Source: Pseudomonadota bacterium
Lineage (GTDB): Bacteria > Desulfobacterota > Desulfobacteria > Desulfobacterales > RPRI01
DNA: 46,410 nt
Reading direction: 5' to 3'
Assembly (NCBI GenBank): GCA_043825875.1
Contig: JBDRRF010000030.1
Span: forward strand, 1 to 46,410
The translations under genes and the position numbers were made by a program. The notes under the pieces are model-generated. The model saw only the letters and a list, made by a program, of their open reading frames with translations. It searched no databases and had not been told where the DNA came from. Shown here piece after piece: positions 8,921-18,885 of the stretch. The stretch's first letter is position 1. Every line of letters starts with the position of its first letter.

Positions 8921-9877
8921 TCACTTAATATTCAATAGCGACCAGCAGACACCTTTTACTACCTCCTTCATTCTGGTAAAATCCAGAGTGTCAATCGTAT
9001 CGGAAGTCTGATGATAGTTGGGATTTCTGTAGAAAGCCGTATCTGTTATCATAACGGCATCATATCCGAAATGCCAGTAATTTCTGTGATCGGAAAAATC
9101 AACTCCTGTAATAATTGACGGAGCCTTTAAAGTTTCAACATTTACTGATGTGGCTTTAAGATGCAAAGATAATTGTTTTGCCAAAGATGAACTGCCATAG
9201 TTGCTTACCACACAAATAAAATCTCCTGTGCCCGGGTAGAACAGCCGCATTAAACCAACAGGGTAAGTCTGTGATTTTTCCTTATCTGAAAAAAATCCTA
9301 TCATCTCCAGACAAATCATTCCCCGTATCTTTATATTATTATCATGCAACGATTTCGCATGAAAATAACTTCCCATATTTTCGGTACCGAAGAAAGGAGG
9401 TTCTTCTAAATTGTAAGCTACAAAATCTACCCTGTAAGGTAATTTTGATTCATGTTTTTTTGCAAAACGGGCTATTTCAAGCAAACCTGCTACAGCGCTC
9501 GCATTATCATCGGCTCCCGGCTGATCGCCGCATACATCGAAATGGGCACCAACTATAATGCGTTCACCTTCCTTTGGGCCGGCACTGGCGATAATATTTT
9601 CATATACATAGCCTGAGACTTCAAATTTTTGACTTTTCGGCTCAAGACCATATTCAATAAATTTTTGCGAGATATATTGCGCCGAATTTTCAAGCGATTC
9701 GGGATAACTGAAACTACGTGCCGGGCTCATGGAAGAAAGATATTGAACCGTCTGTTTTAAATTATCAATGCTGATATCAGGATCAGGATGCGCAAAATGT
9801 GTGTTTTTGCCTCCGCATGAAAGCAAAGTGGCAAGGATTAAGACAGGTAAGATAATTAGTTTAACGATTATTTCCAT
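8921..9877 (-). CDS. M28-family metallopeptidase, lipoprotein
   Basis: VGAHFD, PGADDNASAVA, EEPP, SDH, YH motifs; lipobox LLSC; ATG 9877 after GGAG. Confidence 0.88.
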   Translation of the reverse strand: MEIIVKLIILPVLILATLLSCGGKNTHFAHPDPDISIDNLKQTVQYLSSMSPARSFSYPESLENSAQYISQKFIEYGLEPKSQKFEVSGYVYENIIASAGPKEGERIIVGAHFDVCGDQPGADDNASAVAGLLEIARFAKKHESKLPYRVDFVAYNLEEPPFFGTENMGSYFHAKSLHDNNIKIRGMICLEMIGFFSDKEKSQTYPVGLMRLFYPGTGDFICVVSNYGSSSLAKQLSLHLKATSVNVETLKAPSIITGVDFSDHRNYWHFGYDAVMITDTAFYRNPNYHQTSDTIDTLDFTRMKEVVKGVCWSLLNIK

Positions 9878-9977
9878 GATTTCTCTCCGGTAATCAGTGG
9901 CAACATTTGGATGCAAAGGATACTTTTGCCTTATTTGCAAGATAACTTAAATCGAAGCAGTATAATTTAGCGTATTA

Positions 9978-10664
9978 TCAATATTCATAGTTTGGAATCG
10001 ACTCCGGATCAGGGACTTCGCCGGATGCCATACGAACACCCAATTCAAAGGCACGCTTACAATCCTGTGGGAAAACTTTGGCATGACGCTCGTATTTTGC
10101 CTCCTTGTCAAACATTTCCGCCTCATACTTATCATAGTCGCTGTATTGGAGAGTATCTAAGGATAATAGCAACTCACATGCACCAAAATGTATCCCAAGC
10201 ATCATTTTAGTCGTAGCAAAAACCTGGCTAAATCCCGTTTGTTCAAGCATTTCTTCTGTTACACCCATTGTATAAATTATAGCAGTATTTATGCGTCTTG
10301 GGAAAAGAGATCGCATATCTTTTGTGTATTTCAGGTAAGGAAAGCAAAGTCGTTCTAAAAAAGCCCGTGTGGCGGAAGATTCGGTGCCATAATAAACAGG
10401 AGTGCCGATAATCAGAGCATCGGCGTCCTTGACACGATTCAGCACGCCAGTCAGATCATCCTGAACTGCGCAAACTCCGTCCTCCTTACGATCAAGTTTC
10501 TTGCAGGAAAAACAGCTTATACAGCCGGAATAATTCAGGTCGTAAAGTTGAACCAGTTCAGTCTTAGCACCTATAGATTTAGCGCCTTGAAGAGCGTTAT
10601 TCAACAGGGTTATGGTGTTCCATGTCTTTTTACGCGGACTTCCGTTAAATGCCATTACCTTCAC
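9978..10664 (-). CDS. Flavodoxin-fold iron-sulfur flavoprotein (NADPH-dependent FMN reductase family)
   Basis: NGSPRK..NT, CxxCxxC...C (CISCFSC...C), GTPVYYG. Confidence 0.88.
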   Translation of the reverse strand: MKVMAFNGSPRKKTWNTITLLNNALQGAKSIGAKTELVQLYDLNYSGCISCFSCKKLDRKEDGVCAVQDDLTGVLNRVKDADALIIGTPVYYGTESSATRAFLERLCFPYLKYTKDMRSLFPRRINTAIIYTMGVTEEMLEQTGFSQVFATTKMMLGIHFGACELLLSLDTLQYSDYDKYEAEMFDKEAKYERHAKVFPQDCKRAFELGVRMASGEVPDPESIPNYEY

Positions 10665-11059
10665 AACAACCCCCTTTCTCTTTTCATATATTTAACTGTA
10701 ATATCGCCTGCAATAATACCAAGATAGCTACAGAATAGATCAAGCAAATCAAAAGTACGTTTTGATATAAATATCTGGCTGACTTCCTCAATTGTAATCA
10801 GGCAAAATACAATCAGGCTTCCAATAAGTACTGTTTTGCCAAAAACACGAAGATAGCGCGGGTATAGAAAATAATTAACAAAGAAGGCCAGCAACCCTAA
10901 CAAAACGATATGTCCTGCCTTATCACCACCGGGAAACATATACATTTTGCGAATGAAAAGAGGCAGAGAACCTTTGTCGGCTGAATATATTACATAAGCC
11001 AAAAATATAACAAAAAGACTCCCAATCATCCACGAGATCTTCTTTTTGTTTATATTCAT
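10661..11059 (-). CDS. VanZ-family membrane protein
   Basis: DKAGH, EEVSQ.F...RTFDLLDL motifs; hydrophobic helices; likely ATG 11059. Confidence 0.8.
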   Translation of the reverse strand: MNINKKKISWMIGSLFVIFLAYVIYSADKGSLPLFIRKMYMFPGGDKAGHIVLLGLLAFFVNYFLYPRYLRVFGKTVLIGSLIVFCLITIEEVSQIFISKRTFDLLDLFCSYLGIIAGDITVKYMKRERGLL

Positions 11060-11063
11060 AAAA

Positions 11064-11444
11064 TTATCTTTGCGGCCGTTCGCATTTGCCATTTTTAATA
11101 GGTTCCATACGCCATGCGCCTTTATCTCTCCAGATATAAACCATATTACTGGCGATCTTTTTAAAGTCGAGGTTCCAGGATGTTACTACTTTATCTTCAA
11201 AGTGAACCTTAACCCTATATACTTTATTAAGATCCAAGTCTTCAGCAACAAGCCGGCAGGTTTGATTGGTTTGTTCAAAATGAAAAGGGCCATAATCTCC
11301 TATAGTAAGATATGGCCTATTTGAAGGTGCATACATTATAATGCTTAAAAAAGGCCCCAAACAAACCGAGCCTTTATCTTGTGCAAATACAAAAGAGGGA
11401 AAGGCTATAAACAATATAATAATGAATCTAATAAATACTTTCGT
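11064..11444 (-). CDS. Small secreted hypothetical protein with an ACG (mutated or non-canonical) start
   Basis: GAGGT SD, 6 nt, then ACG AAA GTA... gives (M)KVFIRFIIILFIAFPSFVFA-QD signal peptide; the ORF track uses an internal TTG at 11414. Confidence 0.55.
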   Translation of the reverse strand, partial: TKVFIRFIIILFIAFPSFVFAQDKGSVCLGPFLSIIMYAPSNRPYLTIGDYGPFHFEQTNQTCRLVAEDLDLNKVYRVKVHFEDKVVTSWNLDFKKIASNMVYIWRDKGAWRMEPIKNGKCERPQR

Positions 11445-11528
11445 TTTTTTACCTCTTATTTAAATATTTTCCAAGGGCCTCCAGCACTTATTGCCAAAAT
11501 GATGATGAATACCCAGTGAGAAAAGGGG

Positions 11529-13970
11529 TCAAAATCGTATCACAAGTCCTGCGCCGATACCAAACTCGGTATGATAACTGGACATTATCGAGAAACGCTT
11601 ATCGATTAGGAAAATTGCGCCTGCTTGACATTCCCATTTGGTTGCAGTGTCATATTCGATCTCGCCAAAGGCGCTCAAACGCGATGTTAACGGCAACTCC
11701 TTTGAAAGTGATAAACGGAATTCACCCTCTGTATCAACCCATCCGGTCGTATAAATGAGAAGTGGCAGCATGTAACGGCCGCCGAAAATTCCCCGGTCGC
11801 CAAGTTCCTCATTTGTGATTTCTGCCCCTGCAAAAACGCTGGTATAACGGTTGAACGAATAATCCCATGTTAGATCGATTTCGTAATCAGTATTTTCGAC
11901 ATTCTGCCACCCTGCCTGCCAGTCAGCGGTAAGAATATTGCGGGTGTTCGACAGGACGAGTGACCCTTCGGTCATATGGCTCATGGCAGTAGCTTCGCCC
12001 CAGAAATATATGGGATCTTCAAGAAGCTTATGCCGAATAGATGATACCTCTGCATCGGGTTTAAAACTTTCGTAGTGGAGAATGCGCGCCATTCCGCTGT
12101 GCATGTGATAGAGCAGGTGACAGTGAAAAAACCAGTCGCCCGCATCATTGGCATCGAATTCGATAACGCTGGTAGACATAGGCGCAACGTTGACCGTATG
12201 TTTTAATGGGGAGTAATCACCCTGGCCGTTGATAACGCGAAAAAAATGGCCGTGGAGATGTATAGGGTGATGCATCATTGTACGGTTAATCATAACAAAG
12301 CGCGCCACTTGGCCCTTTCGGATGGTAATCTTGTCCTGTTCATGCAGGGCCTTGTTATTGAAGTACCAGACATATCGGTCCATGTCTCCATCAAGTGTGA
12401 GGCGAATAACTTGACGCGACTGTTCAGGAGGAAACACCGTCGGCTCAAGAGCCCTAAGCTTTTCATAAATAGGCCATGGACGGCGCGGGTCCTTACCATC
12501 CACTACGGTTTCTACAGCGCCCATTTGGTGGCCATCGTGCATATTCTCAGGAGATTTCTGCACTGTGCGTTCATCCTGATCCTTGGTCCCATGATCTGTC
12601 GATTGGTGAGCCATTGGCATCGGCATAAGATCATGATCGTGGGCCATCTCGCCTACCGGCATACTCATATTGTGCCCAGGTTGGTTTTTGTGTGACATCG
12701 GCATGCCAATTGGCATCTTGTCATGATTCATAGCGACACCGCTATGCCCCGGCATGTTCATTCCCGGCCGGTCAAACTTCCCGGTTTTCACATCGCCTGT
12801 TGTCATTCCCATGCTGCCCTCAGGTGTGAGTGCGAAGAGACTCCTTAAGGTAACTTGGCCCATTGCAGCGTAAAGATCCGGCTTTGGGATGTCAGGTGCG
12901 GCATGCGGCTCACCCTCTCCAATCCAAACCGAGGCATGCCCCGATCCGTCGTGTGCCGTAGCGCGCAGTTCATAACTGCCGTTTTGTGGAACACGAATGA
13001 GAACATCGTATGTTTCAGCAACGCCGATAAGAAAACGTTGCTCTTCAAATGGTCTAACATCAATCCCGTCAGCTGCGATAATCTTCACTGGACCACCGGC
13101 GAACTCTAAAAGAAAATACGTCGTCGCAGAGCCGTCAATAATCCTCAATCGAAGAGTCTCGCCAGGACTTGCGTGTATTTTATATGACGACTTTCCGTTG
13201 GCAAGGAATCTGTCATAGGCCACGTCGGATATATCCATTGCTGGCATTCGACTTAACTCGCGTTGAAAAAATGAACCAACTTTGCCGGCTCTGTATGCGC
13301 CCAGCAGGCTCTGTGCACTGTTCTTCTTTACCGAATACCATTCACTGCCACGCTTGAGCGTGCGCATTATCTCATGCGGGTTCTCGTCACTCCAGTCAGA
13401 GAGAAGAACTACCTCATCGCGGACTTCTTTATAGATCCTATTTTCAGCCTCGATTGCAATTGATCCATAAACTCCCTGCTGTTCCTGCAATCCACTGTGT
13501 GAATGATACCAATACGTCCCTGCCTGCCTGATCATGAAACGATATGTAAACGTTGATCCCGGAGCAATTGGTGGATAAGTCAAATACGGAACGCCGTCCT
13601 GATCATTCGGCAAAAGAATTCCGTGCCAATGGATCGAGGTGTTGACATTCATAGCGTTGAGGACATGAATTACGGCTGAGTCTCCTACATGGAATCGTAG
13701 CGTCGGCCCTGGGATGTTGCCGTTAATAGTCATCGCAGGACGTTCTTTTCCTGTAAAACTGACCGTCTCTTGAGCAATTGTGAGTTTATATTCCACTGTA
13801 TCGGCACGCAGAGTATTCTCACCCAAGATAAAGAGAGAAAGCAGGAACATTATTGTAGCTAAAATTTTTTTACTGCGCGAACGATTTAAGATAGCTGTGA
13901 ATAGCAACGACAATACGCCAGCTTTTGCAACTACAACAAAAAACATCCCCTTCTTATCTACTGTATCCAT
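11529..13970 (-). CDS. CopA-type multicopper oxidase with Met/His-rich insert and C-terminal beta-barrel-like (CopB-like) extension
   Basis: All four MCO motifs: HWHG, WYHSH, HPIHLHGH, HCHLLYHMHSGM; the C-terminal ~160 aa has a beta-strand pattern ending in Phe; start uncertain. Confidence 0.88.
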   Translation of the reverse strand: MDTVDKKGMFFVVVAKAGVLSLLFTAILNRSRSKKILATIMFLLSLFILGENTLRADTVEYKLTIAQETVSFTGKERPAMTINGNIPGPTLRFHVGDSAVIHVLNAMNVNTSIHWHGILLPNDQDGVPYLTYPPIAPGSTFTYRFMIRQAGTYWYHSHSGLQEQQGVYGSIAIEAENRIYKEVRDEVVLLSDWSDENPHEIMRTLKRGSEWYSVKKNSAQSLLGAYRAGKVGSFFQRELSRMPAMDISDVAYDRFLANGKSSYKIHASPGETLRLRIIDGSATTYFLLEFAGGPVKIIAADGIDVRPFEEQRFLIGVAETYDVLIRVPQNGSYELRATAHDGSGHASVWIGEGEPHAAPDIPKPDLYAAMGQVTLRSLFALTPEGSMGMTTGDVKTGKFDRPGMNMPGHSGVAMNHDKMPIGMPMSHKNQPGHNMSMPVGEMAHDHDLMPMPMAHQSTDHGTKDQDERTVQKSPENMHDGHQMGAVETVVDGKDPRRPWPIYEKLRALEPTVFPPEQSRQVIRLTLDGDMDRYVWYFNNKALHEQDKITIRKGQVARFVMINRTMMHHPIHLHGHFFRVINGQGDYSPLKHTVNVAPMSTSVIEFDANDAGDWFFHCHLLYHMHSGMARILHYESFKPDAEVSSIRHKLLEDPIYFWGEATAMSHMTEGSLVLSNTRNILTADWQAGWQNVENTDYEIDLTWDYSFNRYTSVFAGAEITNEELGDRGIFGGRYMLPLLIYTTGWVDTEGEFRLSLSKELPLTSRLSAFGEIEYDTATKWECQAGAIFLIDKRFSIMSSYHTEFGIGAGLVIRF

Positions 13971-13993
13971 ACTTTCTTTTTTTTACCTTAAAA

Positions 13994-14884
13994 TTATAAA
14001 ACAATACCAGCTTGAGGTATAATTATATCTTTTACACTAAGCAAGGAACTCACATTCTTTAAATCAGCAGGAGAAAGCTTAAAATCAAAAACATTAAGAT
14101 CTTGGGCCATGTGTTGCTCGGAAGTTGTGCCGGTAAGAGGAACAATGCCGGATTGATTGAGATATCTAAAGAAAATTTGTGCATCGGTTTTTTTATGCTT
14201 TCTGGCAAGGGTCTGAACAATATTATCGAATAATATATACCGGTTTGCGGTTAGAGTCCAGAAACCCTGGTAAATAACTCCATTATCGGAACACCAGGAA
14301 CGCAATTCAGGATCATATCCAGTATCCTTATAAAAACGATTTTGCAGTACTGCAGGTTTTATGTTGGCATCTGCATAAAGTTTTTTCACCATATATATAT
14401 AATAAAAATTGCTGATTCCGATCTGACGCGCTCTACCGGATTGTTGAATTGACTCCATTGCTTCCCATACTTTCATTAAGAGCGGATATGGCTCTATCAT
14501 TGTATGAAGCAGTAAAGTATCAACATATTCAGTTTGCAGTTTTTTCATTGATGTTTCAAAAGACTGTAAAACCTGCACTTCCACAGTAGCGTTCTTATCA
14601 TATGGCACTTGTTCCGGATCATGGCCCGGAAGCGGGGTAAACTTGGTTTGTAAATACAATTCTTCACGCTCAATACCATAATCTTTTTTCAGTCTTAAAA
14701 GCGCTTCACCGATGCCGGCTTCATCATAATGTTTAGGCTGACCGGCAGTATCAATTCCTCTGAATCCAGCCTGAACAGCTTTTACAACAAGATCTGCCGT
14801 GCGCTCCTTTTTCCAGGCAGTTCCATAAATAATCCACGGCATTTTCACACCTGCAGATGTTGTTAACCATTTTTGATCTTTCAT
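13994..14884 (-). CDS. Aldo/keto reductase family protein
   Basis: YGTAW, GFRGIDTA...Y, QTKF, YVDTLLLH, IGISNF. Confidence 0.88.
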   Translation of the reverse strand: MKDQKWLTTSAGVKMPWIIYGTAWKKERTADLVVKAVQAGFRGIDTAGQPKHYDEAGIGEALLRLKKDYGIEREELYLQTKFTPLPGHDPEQVPYDKNATVEVQVLQSFETSMKKLQTEYVDTLLLHTMIEPYPLLMKVWEAMESIQQSGRARQIGISNFYYIYMVKKLYADANIKPAVLQNRFYKDTGYDPELRSWCSDNGVIYQGFWTLTANRYILFDNIVQTLARKHKKTDAQIFFRYLNQSGIVPLTGTTSEQHMAQDLNVFDFKLSPADLKNVSSLLSVKDIIIPQAGIVL

Positions 14885-14896
14885 TGTTCATATTCC

Positions 14897-15652
14897 TTAA
14901 TTATCTGAAGATTCGATCTGTCTATTTCGCTTATCACGAACATAAATGACCTTTGAGGCAGTGCTACCTATTTGCCTTTCATCCATATCAAAAAGCTTTG
15001 TTGCGGAAACCAGTTCGCCTAATTTTCCATACCCATAATTACGCGGGTCAAATTCAGGTGATTGTTTTGCAATATTACTGCCGACATGTGCAAGATGAGC
15101 CCATCCGCTTTCATCGGAAGATGCTTCCACTGCATTACGTAACAGGCTTACCAGTTTTGTATCTTTTCTTAAATCATTGCTTGATTTTTTGGCAATGGCT
15201 TCACTTTCACCGGTCTTTGCACGAAGTACTTCTGTATAAATGAATTTGTCACAGGCTGAAACAAAAGCGGAAGGTGTCTTTTGTTCTCCAAAACCATATA
15301 CTATTAATCCCGCTTCTCTTATTCTTGATGCCAGCTTGGTAAAATCACTATCACTGGATACTATACAAAATCCGTTAAAGTTTCCGGTGTACAATAAGTC
15401 CATTGCATCAATAATCATTGCGCTGTCAGTTGCGTTTTTTCCTTTTGTGTACGCGAATTGCTGCATTGGTTGTATGGAATATTGTAACAAAACCTCTTTC
15501 CAACCTTTTAAGCCAGGCCCTGTCCAATCGCCATAGATTCTCTTGACACTGGCTACACCGTAATTCGCAATTTCTGCCAGCAAACCATCCACAATGCTTG
15601 GCTGAGCATTTTCTGCATCTATTAATACTGCTAACTTGTCTGTTTTTTCCAT
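14897..15652 (-). CDS. NYN (LabA/DUF88) domain protein with C-terminal OST-HTH/LOTUS domain
   Basis: LIDAEN, KRIYGDW, GKNATD..MIIDAMDLL, VSSDSDF, FDPRNYGYGKL. Confidence 0.9.
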   Translation of the reverse strand: MEKTDKLAVLIDAENAQPSIVDGLLAEIANYGVASVKRIYGDWTGPGLKGWKEVLLQYSIQPMQQFAYTKGKNATDSAMIIDAMDLLYTGNFNGFCIVSSDSDFTKLASRIREAGLIVYGFGEQKTPSAFVSACDKFIYTEVLRAKTGESEAIAKKSSNDLRKDTKLVSLLRNAVEASSDESGWAHLAHVGSNIAKQSPEFDPRNYGYGKLGELVSATKLFDMDERQIGSTASKVIYVRDKRNRQIESSDN

Positions 15653-15744
15653 AGCTTTATACCTTTCCTATTACTTATACCCACAATCACAAGTGAGCAG
15701 GAAAATATTTTGATTCAACGTCTGCATCCAACAATCGGTCATTA

Positions 15745-16221
15745 TCAAACACGACTTGAAAGCAACAAGCAAAATTCCTCAAAAGCCGCCTTTGATGCAA
15801 ACATGGTCTGAGCGATTATCAGTTTTCCACGGTTATGAGCAACGTGCAGAAGTTTTTGTTGATTTACCTCCTGCACCTGAATAGATCGAATCTCTTTGTA
15901 TGGAATATTGATACAGGAGCTGCTCATAAACCCTTTGGGTGCAACGAGATCACTATATGACAATACAATTTGTCTTGGGCCTTTAAAAAACATGTAGATT
16001 GCAAAGAGACTGAGAATAGCAAGAATGAGTGAAAGCAGGAAAACCGCCCAGTAGAAATAGGTGGCGCTCTGTGCCGATAATTCAATGATTCTCCTCATAA
16101 CAAGACCATCGTGATTGACTTGGGCTTTTTTAATGAAATAGTATGTTGAAGCTCCAAATAGAACTATGCCCAAGGGGCCAAGCCATACTTTTTGTCTGTA
16201 GGAATAAGCTCTTTCCTCCAT
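15745..16221 (-). CDS. Hypothetical membrane protein (2 TM)
   Basis: GAGG SD, two hydrophobic helices, soluble C-terminus. Confidence 0.65.
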   Translation of the reverse strand: MEERAYSYRQKVWLGPLGIVLFGASTYYFIKKAQVNHDGLVMRRIIELSAQSATYFYWAVFLLSLILAILSLFAIYMFFKGPRQIVLSYSDLVAPKGFMSSSCINIPYKEIRSIQVQEVNQQKLLHVAHNRGKLIIAQTMFASKAAFEEFCLLLSSRV

Positions 16222-16279
16222 AGTTACCTCTATTCTCTCCTTTCAATTACCGTTCTTTTCAAAGATGTCCCTATCCTTG

Positions 16280-17032
16280 TCACGCTGTAGTCAAATCAAC
16301 TTTGGACATCGGGATGGCACTTTCCATTACGATCGTCAACGCTAAATCCAACGGTAAGCTTTCTTTACTAATATAGATAGCCTCCTGTATCGCAAGCCCG
16401 AAGAGAACCGGCCATTCAGATGGTTTCTGGCAAAACCATTTAGCTACCTCAAAGATTTGGGGCCATAAGGCTCTGAGATAGTTGATCGGCTTATCACTTA
16501 CGGGATGATCATCAGGAAGTCGAGGTATACCGAAAGTTGTTTTTCCAACTGAAGCCGTTACATGCTTAAAAATGTCCTGTAAATCTATCAGTTTTTCACA
16601 ACCGGCATCTTGTGCCGCTCCAACAGCAAGAGACCATACAGATAATTGGCCCTCTGCAAGTATACGATTCAGAGGATCGCCAAAGAAGTATTTCTTTCCG
16701 TCATTTGCCTCCATGACAACAAAAGGTGTATTTTCTGGCACTCCTTTTTCGATCGCCTGGGCACGCAAGTTGGCCTGACATGAGTACCCGGCAAGAGCAC
16801 CCAAAACACAAAGAAGAGATTCGATATGAACTCCGCGATCGTCTTTCATAGCTTTGAAGATGCGATGAAAAACCTCTTTGGCTCCGATCTTAGCCCCAAT
16901 AAAAGGATCTTCTGCTCGCTCAGCCTCAATAGAACGCATTACTGCCTCAAAAGTCGGATCTGACTCAGCATCCTCTGAGGCTTCACCCTTACCCTTAATC
17001 GGTTTGTTACGATTAAAGATGTTTTTGAACAC
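16280..17032 (-). CDS. Hypothetical protein
   Basis: 250-aa ORF with GGAGG SD before GTG; no family recognised. Confidence 0.7.
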   Translation of the reverse strand: MFKNIFNRNKPIKGKGEASEDAESDPTFEAVMRSIEAERAEDPFIGAKIGAKEVFHRIFKAMKDDRGVHIESLLCVLGALAGYSCQANLRAQAIEKGVPENTPFVVMEANDGKKYFFGDPLNRILAEGQLSVWSLAVGAAQDAGCEKLIDLQDIFKHVTASVGKTTFGIPRLPDDHPVSDKPINYLRALWPQIFEVAKWFCQKPSEWPVLFGLAIQEAIYISKESLPLDLALTIVMESAIPMSKVDLTTA

Positions 17033-17134
17033 GCAACACCTCCAACTTGTATAGTTTCATGATTGCATAAAAACAACCTACCCTTAAATATGATTAGGAT
17101 TGCATCAAAAAATAAGTCAGGTGCTGTAATTTCG

Positions 17135-17824
17135 CTATGTGCCAGGCTTAGGCGATATCTGACTTGATAAATCATTCACCAATATTCTTATCGCAGTTTC
17201 TGCAGCTTTGTTAATTAAGGTTTCTTCAGCAGCAATAACCCCTGTTTTGGCACCCAAAGCCATTTTTTCTTGCTGTCCTTCCATACCGGTTGCTTTTGCT
17301 GAGGCCATGATTTCGCCGGTTTCTACATTAATGATACGTCCCTGCAAGCTAATCTCAAATCCACGGGTTTCTTGCCACATAATACCCATGCTGTCGCGTG
17401 ACATTGTCGGCTTAATTGAAATCAAATTTCCCACCAAAATCATTTCGGCCCCCAGTTGCTTGCCGATCCGGTTTGCTGCTTTTTCATCTATGATACCCGT
17501 TTGGCTCAATTGTATTTCTTTAAGAACGGCATCAATACGGCTACGTTCAATAGCCCTGAATCTTTTACTTTCAAGAAGCTCATCAAGGGTCAGGTCAACC
17601 AGTTTATTGCTCAGGTTTTTATACTGTTCCTGCTCAGCCTTATATTTAAAAGGGATAACCGCAACTATATGTCTTTGCCCAAACTCAAATGAAGACAATG
17701 GCTTCAGGTCAACTTTCGTGCTCTGTGTAGAAGCACAGGCACTAATGAATAACGCCATTATTCCGACAATAATAAAACGGTACAAGATTGTTTTACAGAT
17801 TTTCAAAGCGAACCTTCCTCTCAT
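17135..17824 (-). CDS. CsgG/HfaB-family lipoprotein
   Basis: Lipobox ISAC; RFRAIERSRIDAVLKE, IGKQLGAEMILVG, RIINVETGEI. Confidence 0.8.
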   Translation of the reverse strand: MRGRFALKICKTILYRFIIVGIMALFISACASTQSTKVDLKPLSSFEFGQRHIVAVIPFKYKAEQEQYKNLSNKLVDLTLDELLESKRFRAIERSRIDAVLKEIQLSQTGIIDEKAANRIGKQLGAEMILVGNLISIKPTMSRDSMGIMWQETRGFEISLQGRIINVETGEIMASAKATGMEGQQEKMALGAKTGVIAAEETLINKAAETAIRILVNDLSSQISPKPGT

Positions 17825-18038
17825 CCTGGCAAATAGTTTAAAATTGACAATACTGATAGATTAACAGGTATTTTTACAGTTCCGATTTTCTCCTCATACA
17901 AAGGGATTTCCAAAAAGATTAAAGAATTATTACAATTCTTCCGAATAATCAGCAATCATCTAAAATAATTTGGAATATATATAACCTATTGACAAACTTT
18001 TTGCAAGAATAAGATCTCTAATACAAGCCCATATAAAA

Positions 18039-18884
18039 TTACTGCCCGTAGCTATGAAGTCCGGGAAGATAATTTACGCCGAAATATGTAAAAAGTACTG
18101 CCATAAACCCTATTATTGAAAGATATGCCAGACGTTTTCCGCGCCAGCCTCTCATAAATCTTGCATGAAGAAGTGTCGCATAAATAAACCATGTAATAAG
18201 CGACCAGGTTTCCTTGGGGTCCCATCCCCAATATCTTCCCCATGCCGAGTTTGCCCAAACAGCACCGGTTATTATCCCTACAGTAAGGAAGAGAAAGCCA
18301 AACATTATCATCTGGTGCGAAAGCTCATCTATTAATGATAAATCAGGAAAGAACTTTAAAAATGGAGTCCCCAATTCCGACTCATTTTGTTTAAGAAGAA
18401 ACATAATTCCAAGGCCGAAAGCTATAGCAAATGCCGCATAACCTATAAAACAAGCTACAACATGCGCAATCAGCCAATTGCTTTTCAATGCAGGCAAAAG
18501 CGGCTGAATCCTGTCACTTATATTAGGAGAAAGAGAAGCATAGGCCATTGACAGAAAAGCAAGAGGACTTGTAAAGGCTCCGATTGATCGGTTTTGATAT
18601 GTTTTTTCAACAACAAGATATACTACACCAATAACAAACGCAAAGAAAACCAAAGATTCATATTTATTCGAAAGAGGAGCATGGCCTACTCCAAACTGAT
18701 ATGATTCAAACCATCTCAATAATATTCCGCCTGCATTCCCTAAAATTCCGGCAAGAAAAGCCCATGTTCCAAGTTTTCCGAAGAAAGGCTTTTTAAAAAC
18801 AACGGAAAAAATATAAAAAAATGCAGCTAATCCATATATGAAAGTGGTTATTGATAAAAATATTGAACTGTTCATTATATTCAT
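18039..18884 (-). CDS. ccsA: Cytochrome c biogenesis protein CcsA/ResC (system II)
   Basis: WWD motif GAVWANSAWGRYWGWDPKETW, PALKSNWLIAHV, GLHSY. Confidence 0.93.
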   Translation of the reverse strand: MNIMNSSIFLSITTFIYGLAAFFYIFSVVFKKPFFGKLGTWAFLAGILGNAGGILLRWFESYQFGVGHAPLSNKYESLVFFAFVIGVVYLVVEKTYQNRSIGAFTSPLAFLSMAYASLSPNISDRIQPLLPALKSNWLIAHVVACFIGYAAFAIAFGLGIMFLLKQNESELGTPFLKFFPDLSLIDELSHQMIMFGFLFLTVGIITGAVWANSAWGRYWGWDPKETWSLITWFIYATLLHARFMRGWRGKRLAYLSIIGFMAVLFTYFGVNYLPGLHSYGQ

Positions 18885-18885
18885 C

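Noticed and set aside
17208..17864. 218-aa plus-strand ORF and similar antisense ORFs (5519-6022, 20748-21197, 21359-21967)
   Set aside because: Antisense shadows of well-supported genes.
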